From: Takakia lepidozioides
Lineage: Eukaryota; Plantae; Bryophyta
Length of the DNA: 64,000 bases
NCBI GenBank assembly: GCA_030704615.1
Contig: CM060733.1
Coordinates: forward strand, 61,318,001-61,382,000
Direction of reading: 5' to 3'
The notes beneath the pieces are model-generated. The model was given only the letters and a program-made list of their open reading frames with translations, was not told the DNA's origin and did not search any database. Both the position numbers and the translations under genes were made by a program. This document shows, piece by piece, positions 38,149 to 50,442 of the stretch. How positions within the stretch are numbered: position 1 is the stretch's first letter; each line of letters starts with the position of its first letter.

Positions 38149-41100
38149 CTATCCCAAGCAGTGTGGACATAACCAATCTCCATCAGGAACCTTTTCAAGA
38201 GGTGGTGTCAAGCATCCCATGTGCCAACCTCTTGAGCATCGATCACACACCAGCATGGTGGCTGCCCCTTTGGCAGACTCACAGAGCATGCACCTCAAAC
38301 CTGCAAATACCACTGCCAAGTTTGGGTCAACTCTGCCATCGACATTGTGAAGGTGACATGGCGCACAATTACGCACATGGTCTTTCCAAGTCATGCCATC
38401 CCAACCCTCCAAGATCAGGACTCCTGAGGGCAACACCTCTCGAACCCTCAGAATAACACGCCCTACAGTGACATCCAGGGTCGTAGGAGCAGTCTGCTGC
38501 AAATAAACATAGTCACCCGAGCTAAACCGCCGAACCCCAGGATGATATCCTCCACCACGTATAGTGGCATGTCTCAATGTATCACGATGTTGTGCAATGG
38601 CAAGGTTCTCAAAAGCCATGGGCATGACTTTCTTGAACAACTTTGCACGCTGATCACATGCACGTACCCACACGTCCGGATCGTCAAGGTTAAGGACTTG
38701 AGGAGTGTCCCTACGAATGGCTGCAGGCAAATCCGGCTCTCGGCCAAAGAGAAGGAAATATGGTGAGAAGGAGACAAGTGATGCTTGTTTGCTGAACCTG
38801 TAGCCCATGGCTAACCAAGGCACCTGAAGATCCCAATCTCCTAGGTGTCCTTTCTGCAAGCCATACTTGCGCAAACCCCTCTTCACCGTCTGAACAACTC
38901 TATCTGCCAAGCCATCGGCCTCAAGATGATCCCGAGAAGTGGTGCGGTGGTCTATCAAGGCTTTATCACACAAAGCCTGAAACTCCCCCAAGAACTCTCT
39001 CCCTTGGTCTGTGAGTACCTCAGCTGGAGCACCGAATGAGCTAAGCACATGATCCAAAAATGCATACGAGAAGTGCTCCACCATCACCAACACATATCTG
39101 TGGTGGCGCATAGTCAGTGGCAACGGTCCTACGAAGTCAAGACTCCACCTGTAGCCCAATCCCATGATTGGTAAATGATGCAACTGTGGTGTAGGGGCGT
39201 TGAATGAAGCACGCACCCTGTCACACACCATGCACCTAGCCACAAACTGTTGCACCTCTGTGTGCATACCACGCCACCAATACTGTCTCTGCAGTAAACT
39301 GTGAGTGCGTCGCACTCCAAAATGCCCCAACTCCTCATGGGCATGCCGCACTAACCGTGCAAGCTGTGTGGGGTGAGGCACAATCCTCACCCGACCATCC
39401 TCTAATACTCGGAGCAGGTGTATCCCCTCCCATTTGAACCTCTTGGCTCGTTGCAGGATCCGATCCCTCTTCTTGGCAGTCACAGTGGCTGCCGTGTCTC
39501 CAGTACGGAGGTAGTCCAACACAGCCGAATCCTCATGTATATCTCGAGTACCACCTAGCTCATCACTAGCCTCAGGGTCCTCAGACACTCCGTCTACAGT
39601 CATCCCTGTTGTAGGTCCAACCTGACCTCCCGATGCCAAGATACACAAAAAGACAGATGCATGCCATCCCGACACCATCTCCTCGTCCGTTTCACCATGC
39701 CACCGAGCTCCAGTGTCATCCTGCTGGCTCGTGCATGGATTGTGACTCAAACCATCCGCATCCTGATTGACCAAACCCGGTCGATGCACAACTTGAAAGT
39801 CATACTCATGGAGTATGAGTGCCCACCGTGCAAGCTTCCCCTTAAGCGTGTCTGACTCCACCAACCACTTGAGTGGTTGGTGATCCGTGACAAGGGTGAA
39901 GAGATTGCCGTATAGATAGCACCTGAAGTGTGCCACATCCCACACTGCAGCTAAACACTCTCCCTCATATGAGCTATACTTAGCCTCTGCAGCGTTGTTC
40001 GAGCGGCTAGCATAAGCCACTAAAAACTCTCTTCCCTCATCATCCACCTACGTGAGCACCGCTCCAAGCCCGAGCATGCTCCAATCCGGATGCAGCTGAA
40101 AGGGACGCCCCCTGATAGGCCGTCTCAGGATAGGCGCCGAAGTCAACCTCGTCTTGAGCTCTTGAAAAACTCGTTCCTACTCATCTTCCCACTGCCACTG
40201 CTGGTCCACCTTGGTCAGCTTGGTTAGAGCCTTTGCAATGGCACTAAATCCCTTGACAAACCGTCTATAATAGTTTGCCAACCCCATGAAAGCTCGAACT
40301 CGGCTCACATCCGTGGGGCGTGGAATCTGTGCAATGGCCTCTACCTTAGTCTGTTGTACCCCCAATCCTCCAGGATATGTCATGTGATCCAGATACTCAA
40401 TCTAGTTGTGGAAAAACTTGCACTTGCAACTTCAATCCGTGCGCTCTCAAGCGCTCCAATACCACCTGAAGGTGTCTCTCATGCTCCTCCACCGTAGCAC
40501 TAAAGATGATGATGTCATCTATGTAGCACCGAGTAAAGTCCACCCCTGCTAGAATCCTATCCATGACTCTCTGAAACTCTGCAGGAGCGTTCTTAAGCCC
40601 AAATGGCCACTGATATAGGCAATCCTTGCCGTGCTCATTGATCCCCCAGAATGTCGTCTTCTGCTTGTCCGCCTCCTTGATCGGCAACTGGTGATATCCG
40701 GATCGTAAATCCAAAGTGCTAAAGACCTTAACATGCCCGATGGCATCAAAGATCTTCTCTGGTGTTGGCATGGCATACTTATCGGACTTGGTCTGACGAT
40801 TTACAGGCCGGTAATTACCGCACATACATCTCTCCGTCCAATTGCCATAGACATCCTTCTTGGCTGGCATCACTGTGGCTGAAGCATACTCTCCACCAGA
40901 GAGCTCCACCAAACCAGCCTCCCAAAGATCTTGAGTCCTCATCTGAATCAAAGACCTCTCCATGTCACTGTATCTATAGGGTCTCCGAAAGATTGGCGTG
41001 TCAGTGGCCAACTCAATACGAATCTCTTGACCCTTCAGTGCTCCCAAGTCCTTCAAACTGAAGGCAAAGCAATTCATGTAAGCCCTCAGGAACCGCCGTA

Positions 41101-41215
41101 TGCGTCGTCTTTCTCCTCTGGTGACAATGGGTCCAATGTCAGGCTCCCAATTGTCCTCCGTAACTGCAACCTTAAGTCCAGTGGGCTTAGAAGTAGAGGA
41201 CGAGTCCAATGGTTG
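38149..41215 (-). pseudogene. RT-RNaseH-integrase-PHD, copy 2
   Basis: [30 protein letters not shown]...YEGECLA, TDHQPL, DDE core, CMLCES...CDRC...H.GC...CPHC; several stops and small deletions. Confidence 0.95.
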
Positions 41216-41257
41216 TTATGTTGCAACCTCTTGAGCAGTACTCCCTACCTGCTCAGT

Positions 41258-42880
41258 CTAACTGCTGCAACTGAGCATCCCACAGGAGGCCAGGTCCACT
41301 ATCCCGGAAAGCGTGCGATCATGGGAAGCTGAGTAGTGTAGATAATGCTGCTCGTGGTTGACCACCGCCAAAGGCGAACGGTCATCGTGTCTCATACGCT
41401 GAGACTGCCTCCCTGTGTCCAAAATGCTATCCACTGTGAGGTGTGCTGGCCGCTGCATCCCATCAAATGCACGCTTGAGCAGTGCGGGTGGTATTAAGTT
41501 AGTCCACCATAGCCGTGGACGATGAGCCCGTGACCCCACTGCAGTTACATCTAGCAACACTGCTGACCCAAGCCACGACCGGACTTGATGCACACTAGCC
41601 ATCATCCTGGCCCGAGAATCGCCCATCTGTGGCACATTCTCCAAGATGTATGCTGGAGATACAACTTGATGAAGTTGCAAGTGGCGCAAAACCCGCACCA
41701 TCTCCCAAAATAGACCCGACCTCGAGTCTCGCAATCCATGGCCATGCCCGGCTGATGAATGCCCTTGGCAGGGCCAACCTACCACTACCAGATCAATGGA
41801 GCCAACCCGCTCCAAATCCTGCGCCCCCAGCAACGAAATGTCTGTTGGCAAGGCCTGCTAATATCCACGAACTGCAAACACCGACAACAACTCAGGGTAC
41901 TGCTGCACCAACTGAGCAACATGACGAAGTGAAACGTGTCGTGCAGTCTCATCCCTCTCCACATACAGGTAACGCCAAACTTGCACACGTGTCTGTGACA
42001 CAACAGCCAATCCGGTGCTGATCCCGCCAAACGAGTCCAGAAGACAAACGCCTTCATCCGGATACTGCCACATAATAGGTGTGGTGTCCAATGGAGACAA
42101 CTGAGGTGGTCCTGGTGCAATCCTCGCACTCTCCTCCTCTCCCGATGGTACAAAAGCCTCTATCCAGGCTTGTTGCACCCGTCGATCAGCAACCTGCTGC
42201 AAATCCTTGATCGTGCCCCACAATGGAGTCTGAGCAATCATGGCAGACAACTCCGCCATACCATGCATGTCATCCTGCTCTCCTGGAGGTGACACATCCT
42301 CTGAATGAGCGTTGCCCTCAAGCAACTCTCCAGGCCAACTCACTGCAGCTGTGAATGTTGTTAGTATCGTCATCTTGCCTTGCTGGGCAACCGCAACTCC
42401 TCCTATGAATGTCATAGGGAGCTGCACATGCCGACCCTCCCCTGACTGCCAGCCAGGCCTATAGGAAGTTGACTTCTCCTAAAAATCTAAGGTGAAGCCC
42501 ATGGGGTACAACACTGCCCCACCAACCAGAACATCGTACGAGACCGCGTCTGTCACAATGGCCTTGGCTCGCATCACTGAGCCATTTGTAGGGTGATCCG
42601 GCCGTAGTCTGATAGCCAACTCACGTCGTGTCATGCCCCGAGCCTGCTCTGATGCTCCCAAAGACGTCTGTATCTGGAAAGGACAAGGCTCCATATCCGC
42701 CTCCGTGAGGCCCAAGCCTGCAATAGCAGCTCTGCCTAACATCAATGGCTGAGCCTCCGAGTCCAACAAGACCCGCAGCGGCCGGTACCTCTTGCCTGCC
42801 GGTCCACTCAAACAGAAAATGCCATCCTGGTTGTCTAACATGACAACTCCAAGTGTCACCATGGCGCGTTCAATGGCTGG
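41258..42880 (-). pseudogene. Protease and C5 methyltransferase, copy 2 (C-terminal deletions)
   Basis: VLLDSEA; LLDSFGGISTG, VGWPCQ, YILENV, RAHRPRLWWTNL. Confidence 0.9.
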
Positions 42881-42887
42881 CCTAGCT

Positions 42888-43622
42888 TGTCGCGGCCCTT
42901 TGCCTTGAGGGAAGGGGTCTCGGGACACACGAGGGGCTGCCCCTGTGGTGGGGGCAGCGGCAGCGATAGGTACGGGGGGGGGGGGGGGGCTGAAGCACCC
43001 TTGATTGCCCAAGGCACTCAGGGAAGCGGAGGCGCTCACTAGGTGGAGCCCCGCACACCGGGTTGCGGTGGGGGTGGCTCCACAAGGGGTGGGGGTAGCT
43101 TAGCGGGATTTAGTGGGGGTGGCATAGGACTCACCATGGGGGCGGAGACCTCGTGGTGGGAGTCGTGGGGAGTCTTGGGACTCATCACGGTCCATAGGGG
43201 CCGTGGTGAGTGGGCCAAGACTCACCGCGACTCATCACCGGGAGTCGAGGGCGTTCATGGTGGTTCGCCATAAAATGGCATGGCTGGTTGTGAAACCCCC
43301 GCAGACAGCTACAGAAGTATATATAAGGGGAGTAGTGACCCCGAGAATGGTGCAAGCCCGTTGGTGACCAAAACTAGTGAGTAAGCGAGCGAGCCGGAAA
43401 GCGACCAAAGAGTGGGAGCTGTTCCGGACTGCCATCTACCAAAGGGAATTCTCCTAGTCCCAAATAGGTGGAGGGTTTAGAGGGAAGCGAAGGGGACCGT
43501 TATGTCCCGGTGAGCAGCCGAAGCTCCAAGTTGGCCCGGCGGCCAGGTTGGGAGTCAGGCGCGCGCATCAAAGCGAGTAACTATGACTTGAAGGGGAGCT
43601 TACCGAAGTGAGGTGCGCGACA
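42888..43622 (+). repeat. Chromovirus 5' LTR
   Basis: tgtcgcggccc...gtgcgcgaca; near-identical to 49267-50003. Confidence 0.95.
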
Positions 43623-45986
43623 CTTGGTATCAGAGCTTAGAGTTCAGTACGCGATCGTCCTTAGGATTGGCCTCATCATGGGGTCAGGCAAGCCAAAGCG
43701 AAAGCGGAACGGCCCAAAAGATGATGATCCTGGTGAGCCCGATGGGGCGAAGTGTCACCGAAGCGGCCGTTTGAGGACGCGACGCAGGTTTCTGAAAGCG
43801 AGGCCGCTCAAAAGCGGGAGGAATCCGAGGAGTCGGAGCCCGAGGAATCCGTGAGAGCTTCGACCGACCAACAGATGCCTCCCATGCCGGCAGCCTTTTG
43901 GGAAGGGTTGTTGGCGCAATTTGGCGGGACGTTGAAGACGTGTTGAAGGCGGCTAATGCCACTTCCACTAAGGCAAAGTTTAAGGTGAAGCCTAAGGAAC
44001 CCGGCACCTTTGAGGGCGTCCAAAATCGGAAGGCACTCAACACCTAGCTCCTGGAGCTAGAGCAGTACTTCTCCGGGCGGCCAAGTTGAGTGACGAGGAT
44101 CGGTGGAAGTGGCTCCCACCTATTTGAGGGCTATGCTCAACAATGGTGGCAGAAATGCCTTCACGACCGAGGTCCAAGCCCGGAAACCTTGAACTGGAGT
44201 GGGTTCAAGGAATTGATGAAGAGACAGTTTGTGCCCCTCAACGCGTCCTGGCTTGCCCGGGACAAGATGAGGAATTTGAAGCAAACAGATGACATTCGGA
44301 TGTATGTCCAGGCTTTCAATGTGCTGTTGCTCGAAGTCGCGGACATGGCAGAACCAGAAATGGTCTTCAACTTTGTGGCGGGACTGGCCCCATGGGCCAG
44401 GCGGAAGTTGGAGGAGAAGCCACCCAAGACTTTGAACGAGGCAATTGAGAGGGCTGAATGTTTCTCGGATGTCCCTAGGGGTGAGAGACAAGGCCGTACG
44501 GAGCTGAACCACAAGAAGACCCGGCGGGAAGGTGACTCCTCCCGACCGGAAAAGAAGTGGGATAGGCCACGCGGCGACAATGGCACGTGGAAATCGAAGG
44601 GAGGGCCTTCACCCGTCAAGGCGGCACCCGGTCTTTGAAAGGAAAAGCGGGTGGAGCGGCTTATGGCGGACAGAAGGTGACCTTTGATGGAGTGTGTTTC
44701 AATTGGTGGGAGCCCGGGCACATGGCAAGAAGTGCACAAAACCTCGACAATTGAACATGACTCGGGCAACCACGGAGCTGTCGGAAGATACCATCAGTCG
44801 CTTGGTGGAAGCGGTGGTCGCCAGGACTTGCAAGGTAGGCAACTATTCTTGTGAGTTGTATCAGGAAACTGGCGCCCTGCGTAAAGGGAGTCAGTTATTG
44901 TTCGTGGATGGGATAATATCCGGAACTAACGTGTCGTTGTTGGTGGACATAGGAGCGTCGCACTCCTTCATGACGCCGGCGGCGGCGCGAAAGTTGGGAC
45001 TCTACTCCCGACAAGTGACGTGGGGGCCTCTATTGAGGTGCGTTCTGCCAAGGAGAACCACAGTTTGCAACAAGGTTGGCGTTTGATGTCCCTCTTCAAC
45101 TGGGGAGTTGGGAGGGACGTGAGAACTTCACCATCTGCGAGATCGATGGAGAGGGCGAATAAACCTTCTGTCAGCAAAGGAGTGGGCCGTGGAGGAGGCA
45201 CACGAGCCCCAATTTTTGCTTTACATTAGAGAAGTAAAAGGAGAAGGCGATGGGGAGCCGAGCCCAGATTGGATCAAGGGGATTTTGGAGAAATACCAGG
45301 ATGTGATGTCGGAGGATTTACCAAGCGGCTTGCCACCGCGAAGAGGAGTTGACCACAAGATTGAGGTGATACCGGGATCGAAACCGCCTGCCAAGGCGCC
45401 CTACCGGTTTGAGCCACAGAGAGTTGGTCGAGCTGAAGACTCAGCTCAAGGATCTAATGTCAAAGGGGTACATCAGGCCGAGTAAGTCACCTTACGGAGC
45501 CCCGGTGCTATTTGCAGACAAGAAGGATGGGACGCTGCGGATGTGTGTTGATTACAAGGCTCTGAATAAGGTGACTATAAAAAACCGGTACCCTTTGCCA
45601 AGGATCGACGACCTCTTCGATCAGTTGGCAGGAGCGAAGTATTTCAGCCGGATCGACTTGCGCTCCGGCTATCACCAAATTCGGGTGGCGGAAGGAGATG
45701 AGGAGAAGACCGCGTGCAGGACAAGGTATGGTTCATATGAGTTCTTGGTGATGCCTTTTGGGCTCACCAATGCACCAGCGACATTTAGCACGCTGATGAA
45801 CAACCTTTTCCAGGAGTGGTTGGATGACTTGTGATCGTGTACATCGATGACATCTTGGTGTACTTGAAAACAAAGGAGGAGCACCTGGAGCACCTGAAAA
45901 GGGTGTTCCAAAAATTGCGAGAAGGGAAGCTGTATGCCAAAGCTTCAAAGTGCGAATTTGGGGTCACAAAAGTGGAGTTCCTGGGG

Positions 45987-46382
45987 GGAGAGAGGGAGAG
46001 AGTGGGAGAGATGAGGGAAGAAAAATAAAAAAGAAGGTTGGGGGGGGGGAGTGACTCAGCAGCTGCTGCTGCTCAGTCACTTCCCCCCCTCCACCTTTTC
46101 GTTTTTTGTTTGTGGAATGGTGGGGGGTGCTGAAAGCAGCTTGCTGCTGCTGGTCTTAGCCCCCCCCCCCCCCCCCGACCTTCATTTTTTGGTTTTGGCA
46201 ATGGTGGGGGCCACTGAGAGGGTGCCTGCTGCTACTCTCAGTCCCCCATTTTTATTTTTTTATTTTTTTTGAATGGTGGGGGGCTGACAACAGCAACAAG
46301 TGCTGGTGCTCTCATCACCCCCCCCCCCCCCCCCCCCCCTCTTTTCATTTTTTTGCTATCAGCAGAGAGAGAAAGGGGGAGA
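45987..46382. repeat. Array of G-run/C-run hairpin units inside the chromovirus pol gene
   Basis: Four degenerate units such as gggagtgactcagcagctgctgctgctcagtcacttccc; same motif at 3010-3128. Confidence 0.7.
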
Positions 46383-49266
46383 CCTCCTATTACCGGAAGT
46401 ATGTGAGAAATTTCGCCAAGATTGCGGGGCCGCTGTCAGACCTTCTGGTAAATCAAGCTGGGCATGGAACACCTTTTGGGCCAAGCTTTTGCTGAATTGA
46501 AGGCAGCGGATGACGGAAGCTCCAGTCTTGAAAATCCGGAGTTCGATCGTCCGTTCGAGATTCATACAGATGCGTCGTACTTCGCGATTGGGGGTGTACT
46601 GATGCAAGATGGGACGTCCAGTGGCTTACGAAAGTAAGAAATTGAATGAAGTGGAGCGACGGTGGCCGACGCACGAGAGAGATGAAGGCGGTGGTGCATT
46701 GTCTTGAGCTTTGGCGCCACTATGTTGGTTCCAACCCAGTGAAGGTGTTCACGGACAATGCCACGGTGAAGTATTTTGCCACGCAGACCAAGTTGTCCCC
46801 AAAACAACTTAGGTGGCAAGATACTTTGGCGGTGTTTGACGTGGATATCCAGTACAAACCAGGACGAGACAACGTGGTGGCCGATGCTTTATAGAAACAA
46901 CGGCTCTTGTTGGTGTACAAGGGCGAGACGGCGCTCCAAGGAAGATCCGGAAGGCTTGCCGGAAGGATGAACTGGCAAAGTCCCGCGATCAGGACTTGAG
47001 GATGGGGGGTAAATCGCAATTCCACTTGCAAAATGACTGCTCCGTATAAGCAAAAACGTCTCTATGTGCCGAAGGGAGGGATCAGAGATAGCCTCTTGAA
47101 AGAATGCCATGATAGCCCGCTTGCGGGCCACGGCGGAGCCAAGCGCACTGCGTCACTCTTGAAGAAAGAGTATTTCTGGCCCAAACTGAGGGAGGAGGCC
47201 GAGGAGTAATGTCAAGACAGCACCACAATGCCAACAAAACCGAGCGAGTACAAAAGCAAGCGGGTCTGTTACAACCCTTGCCCTTCCAGAGGGGACTTGA
47301 GAAAGCGTCTCGATGGATTTCATGACTGCTATGCCGCTGTCAAAAGGATTCGATGCAATCATGGTGGTGGTGGATAGGTTCAGTAAAATGCGCCATTTCA
47401 TCCCCACCAAGGAGACGGCAACGGCGCAGGAGACAGGGCGACTTTACTTCACCACCCCCGTCTTAAAACATCATGGAGTCCCGAAGGATATTGTCTTGGA
47501 CCGCGATCCAAAGTTTACGAGTAAATTTTGGGGGCACTTTGGAAGAAGATGGGGACGAGCTGAAGATGAGCCCGCCTCCGACTACCCCCGATTGGCCAAA
47601 CAGAAAGGGTGAATTCCGTAGTGAAGCAGATCTTGCGAATTACGTGTCGGCAGACCAAACAGACTGGTGGAACACTTAGACGCGGCAGAGTTCTGTTATA
47701 ATAACACAGAACACTCCGCAAACGGAGTTTCCCCTTTCGTATTGGTCTATGGAAAAGCACCTCTGGTGCCGACAAGTTGGGCCGCCCAGGACGTTGAGGA
47801 ACCGGCAGTAGCGGGGTAACTGGAAGAACGCGAGCGTTTGTTGAAGCTCGCAAGTACAATATTGCCAAAGCTAGGAAACGGTATGAAAGGCAGGCGAATC
47901 AGAAGCGGAGGGAAGTGAAGTTTTGGGCAGGCACAGAGTCTGGTTGAACATCAAGAATTTTCCGACTACCTCCGGAAGTGAGTCCGAATTCGTACCTCCG
48001 TATGCGGGACCCTTTCGCATTCGGAAGGTTATGAATGAGGATGTGTATGAATGGAGCTGCCGGCAAACAGCAAGGTGCACCCAGTATTCCATGTCTCCCT
48101 TTTGAAGCCTTACTTCAAAGATGAAGCGCGTCCGAATCGGCATCAAGTGTGCGTCCGCCACCTATGCTGTTGGATCATGAAAATGAACCTGAGTACGAGG
48201 TGGAGGCAATACTTAAGTCGAGAGAGGTTCAGGAACCGGAAAAACGGAGTATCTCGTCAAATGGAAGGGTTATCATCATGTGGAGGCATCTTGGGTGCGT
48301 GCCTCAGAATGGGAAACGCATCAGGCGGTTGCAGCTTTCGAAGGCGACCTCAAAAGCGGAAGAAGCGTTGATGGGGACATCACCTTGGAGCGTGGGGGAG
48401 GAAATGCATGCTTAGCCCGGCTTAGCTAGCTTAGGAATCCGATTACAAAACTTGTATTGTACAAAAATTTGTTATAAAGGAAATGGGTTCCAATGTTGTG
48501 CGTCCTATTTTGTTTGGAATGGTGATGCATGATATGGTTGGCTAGTGTGTAGAATGCATGCTATCTTAAAAGTGGGAGAGGTAAATTGGGTTAATCATGT
48601 GTTTGCGTAGTGCCGAAATCGGGTGACCCCCATCCAAGGGGCAAGGAAACTTGCGACTTCTTGGGAGTTCACGTGCTAGTGCGCACCTGGCGCGTGCGCG
48701 TACTATAACTGCGCTACCGAGGGGGTTGCCTTGTAGTGCAGGCTAACGCGGAAGCTACGTGCTTCCGTTCACATACTATAATCGTGTAGCCTCGGGACGA
48801 AGTCGTAGTGCGGCTTCGGCGTGTTCCCGTACCTCAGGCCAGCATTCCAAGGCGGACCCAATTGTGTGATTGGGCGCACGGTTGGTTCAAGGTTATCTTC
48901 CTAGTCAAGAGGGTTCCAGGGAACCCTTGCTCAAGGTGATGCCAAAGCGGCATCATGAGCGATCGCAAGCAATGTTGTTGCAGTAAGGCGATTCGATCCT
49001 CGGGGAGGATCGTTCCTTGGCCTTGAAGTAGGCCAAGAAGAGTGCACTGGGAGGAGCTGGAGAGGCTCCACCCTTGGCCGGGACTTGGAGGAAGTCGGCC
49101 GAACTAGCTAGTGGAGAGTAGAGTCAAGTGTGGGGTTTGGTTCTTTGCCATGGGACGCCATGGTACGGAAACAAACTCCTTGATGTGGGACGCCACAACT
49201 TGATGTTCGTTTCTACAAAATGGACAAGTCGATGAGGACATCGACTCCCTGTTGGTAGGGGTGGTG

Positions 49267-50003
49267 TGTCGCGGCCCTTTGCCTTGAGGGCAGGGGGGTC
49301 AGGACACACGAGGGGCTGCCCCTGTGGTGGGGGCAGCGGCAGCAATATGTATGGGGGGGGGGGGGGGGGCTGAAGCACCCTTGAGTGCCCAAGCACTCAG
49401 GGAAGCGGAGGCGCTCACTAGGTGGAGCCCCGCACACCGGGTTGCGGTGGGGGTGGCTCCACAAGGGGTGGGGGTAGCTTAGCGGGATTTAGTGGGGGTG
49501 GCATAGGACTCACCATGGGGGCGGAGACCTCGTGTGGGAGTCGTGGGAGTCTTGGGACTCATCACGGTCCATAGGGGCCGTGGTGAGTGGGCCAAGACTC
49601 ACCGCGACTCATCACCGGGAGTCGAGGGTGTTCGTGGTGGTTCGCCATAAAATGGCATGGCTGGTTGTGAAACCCCCGCGGACAGCTACAGAAGTATATA
49701 TAAGGGGAGTAGTGACCCCGAGAACGGTGCAAGCCCGTTGGTGATCAAAAACTAGTGAGTAAGCGAGCGAGCCAGAAAGCGACCAAAGAGTGGGGAGCTG
49801 TTCCGGACTGCCATCTACCAAAGGGAATTCTCCTAGTCCCAAATAGGTGGAGGGTTTAGAGGGAGGCGAAGGGGGACCATTATGTCCCGGTGAGCAGCCG
49901 AAGCTCCAAGTTGGCCCGGGCGGCCAGGTTGGGAGTCAGGCGCGCGCATCAACGCGAGTAACTATGACTTGAAGGGGAGCTTACCGAAGTGAGGTGCGCG
50001 ACA
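49267..50003 (+). repeat. Chromovirus 3' LTR
   Basis: Direct repeat of 42888-43622, followed by TSD TAGCT. Confidence 0.95.
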
Positions 50004-50099
50004 TAGCTGGCAGCTCCATCAACCTGGTAGCTGTAGCTTGTCATGGTGCCACCGTGGCAGTCTTGACCATCAAATCTTACGATCCCTCCGGCACTACAC

Positions 50100-50425
50100 T
50101 GTCAAGTTATTTTACCACTAGTGTGAAACTAGCTAGGAAATAGCTAGCTTTTACATATTGACATTTGGGATTGGCCCAAGTGTCAATCCAGGGGTCAAGG
50201 CAGATTTAGGCCCTGGAGTGGTTATCTTCACGGCAAGCGCGGGAGGCTCATCTTTCTCGAGTTGAGCCTCACCGCGCCTAGCTATGGCGCCGTAGTGTGG
50301 ATTCCCCATGGCGTGGGGTGCACTTGGCTTGACTTGTATTTGAGTGATGAGGTTATATATGCATGAGTTTATGCTTCAGCTTTGTGAGCTCGCATGAGCT
50401 TGTGCTTGTATTCTTCTTCTTTATC
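50100..50425 (+). repeat. Repeat A1 of copy 3
   Basis: Matches 60349-60671 apart from 2 substitutions and 3 one-base homopolymer indels (by eye). Confidence 0.95.
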
Positions 50426-50442
50426 ACTCGAGAAAGATGAGC
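50426..50442 (+). promoter_or_regulatory. Putative self-priming primer-binding site
   Basis: ACTCGAGAAAGATGAGC is the exact reverse complement of 50246-50262 inside A; there is no TGG-type tRNA PBS here. Confidence 0.7.

Larger units (their letters stand above)
42888..50003 (+). mobile_element. Ty3/gypsy chromovirus LTR retrotransposon (Galadriel-like), degenerate
   Basis: LTRs 42888-43622 and 49267-50003 (TG...CA); 5-bp TSD TAGCT (42883-42887, 50004-50008); PBS TGGTATCAGAGC 43625-43636 (tRNA-iMet); purine-rich tract before 49267; gag, PR (LVDIGASHSF), RT ([30 protein letters not shown]), RH, INT and chromodomain (EYEVEAILKSR...KWKGY). Confidence 0.95.
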
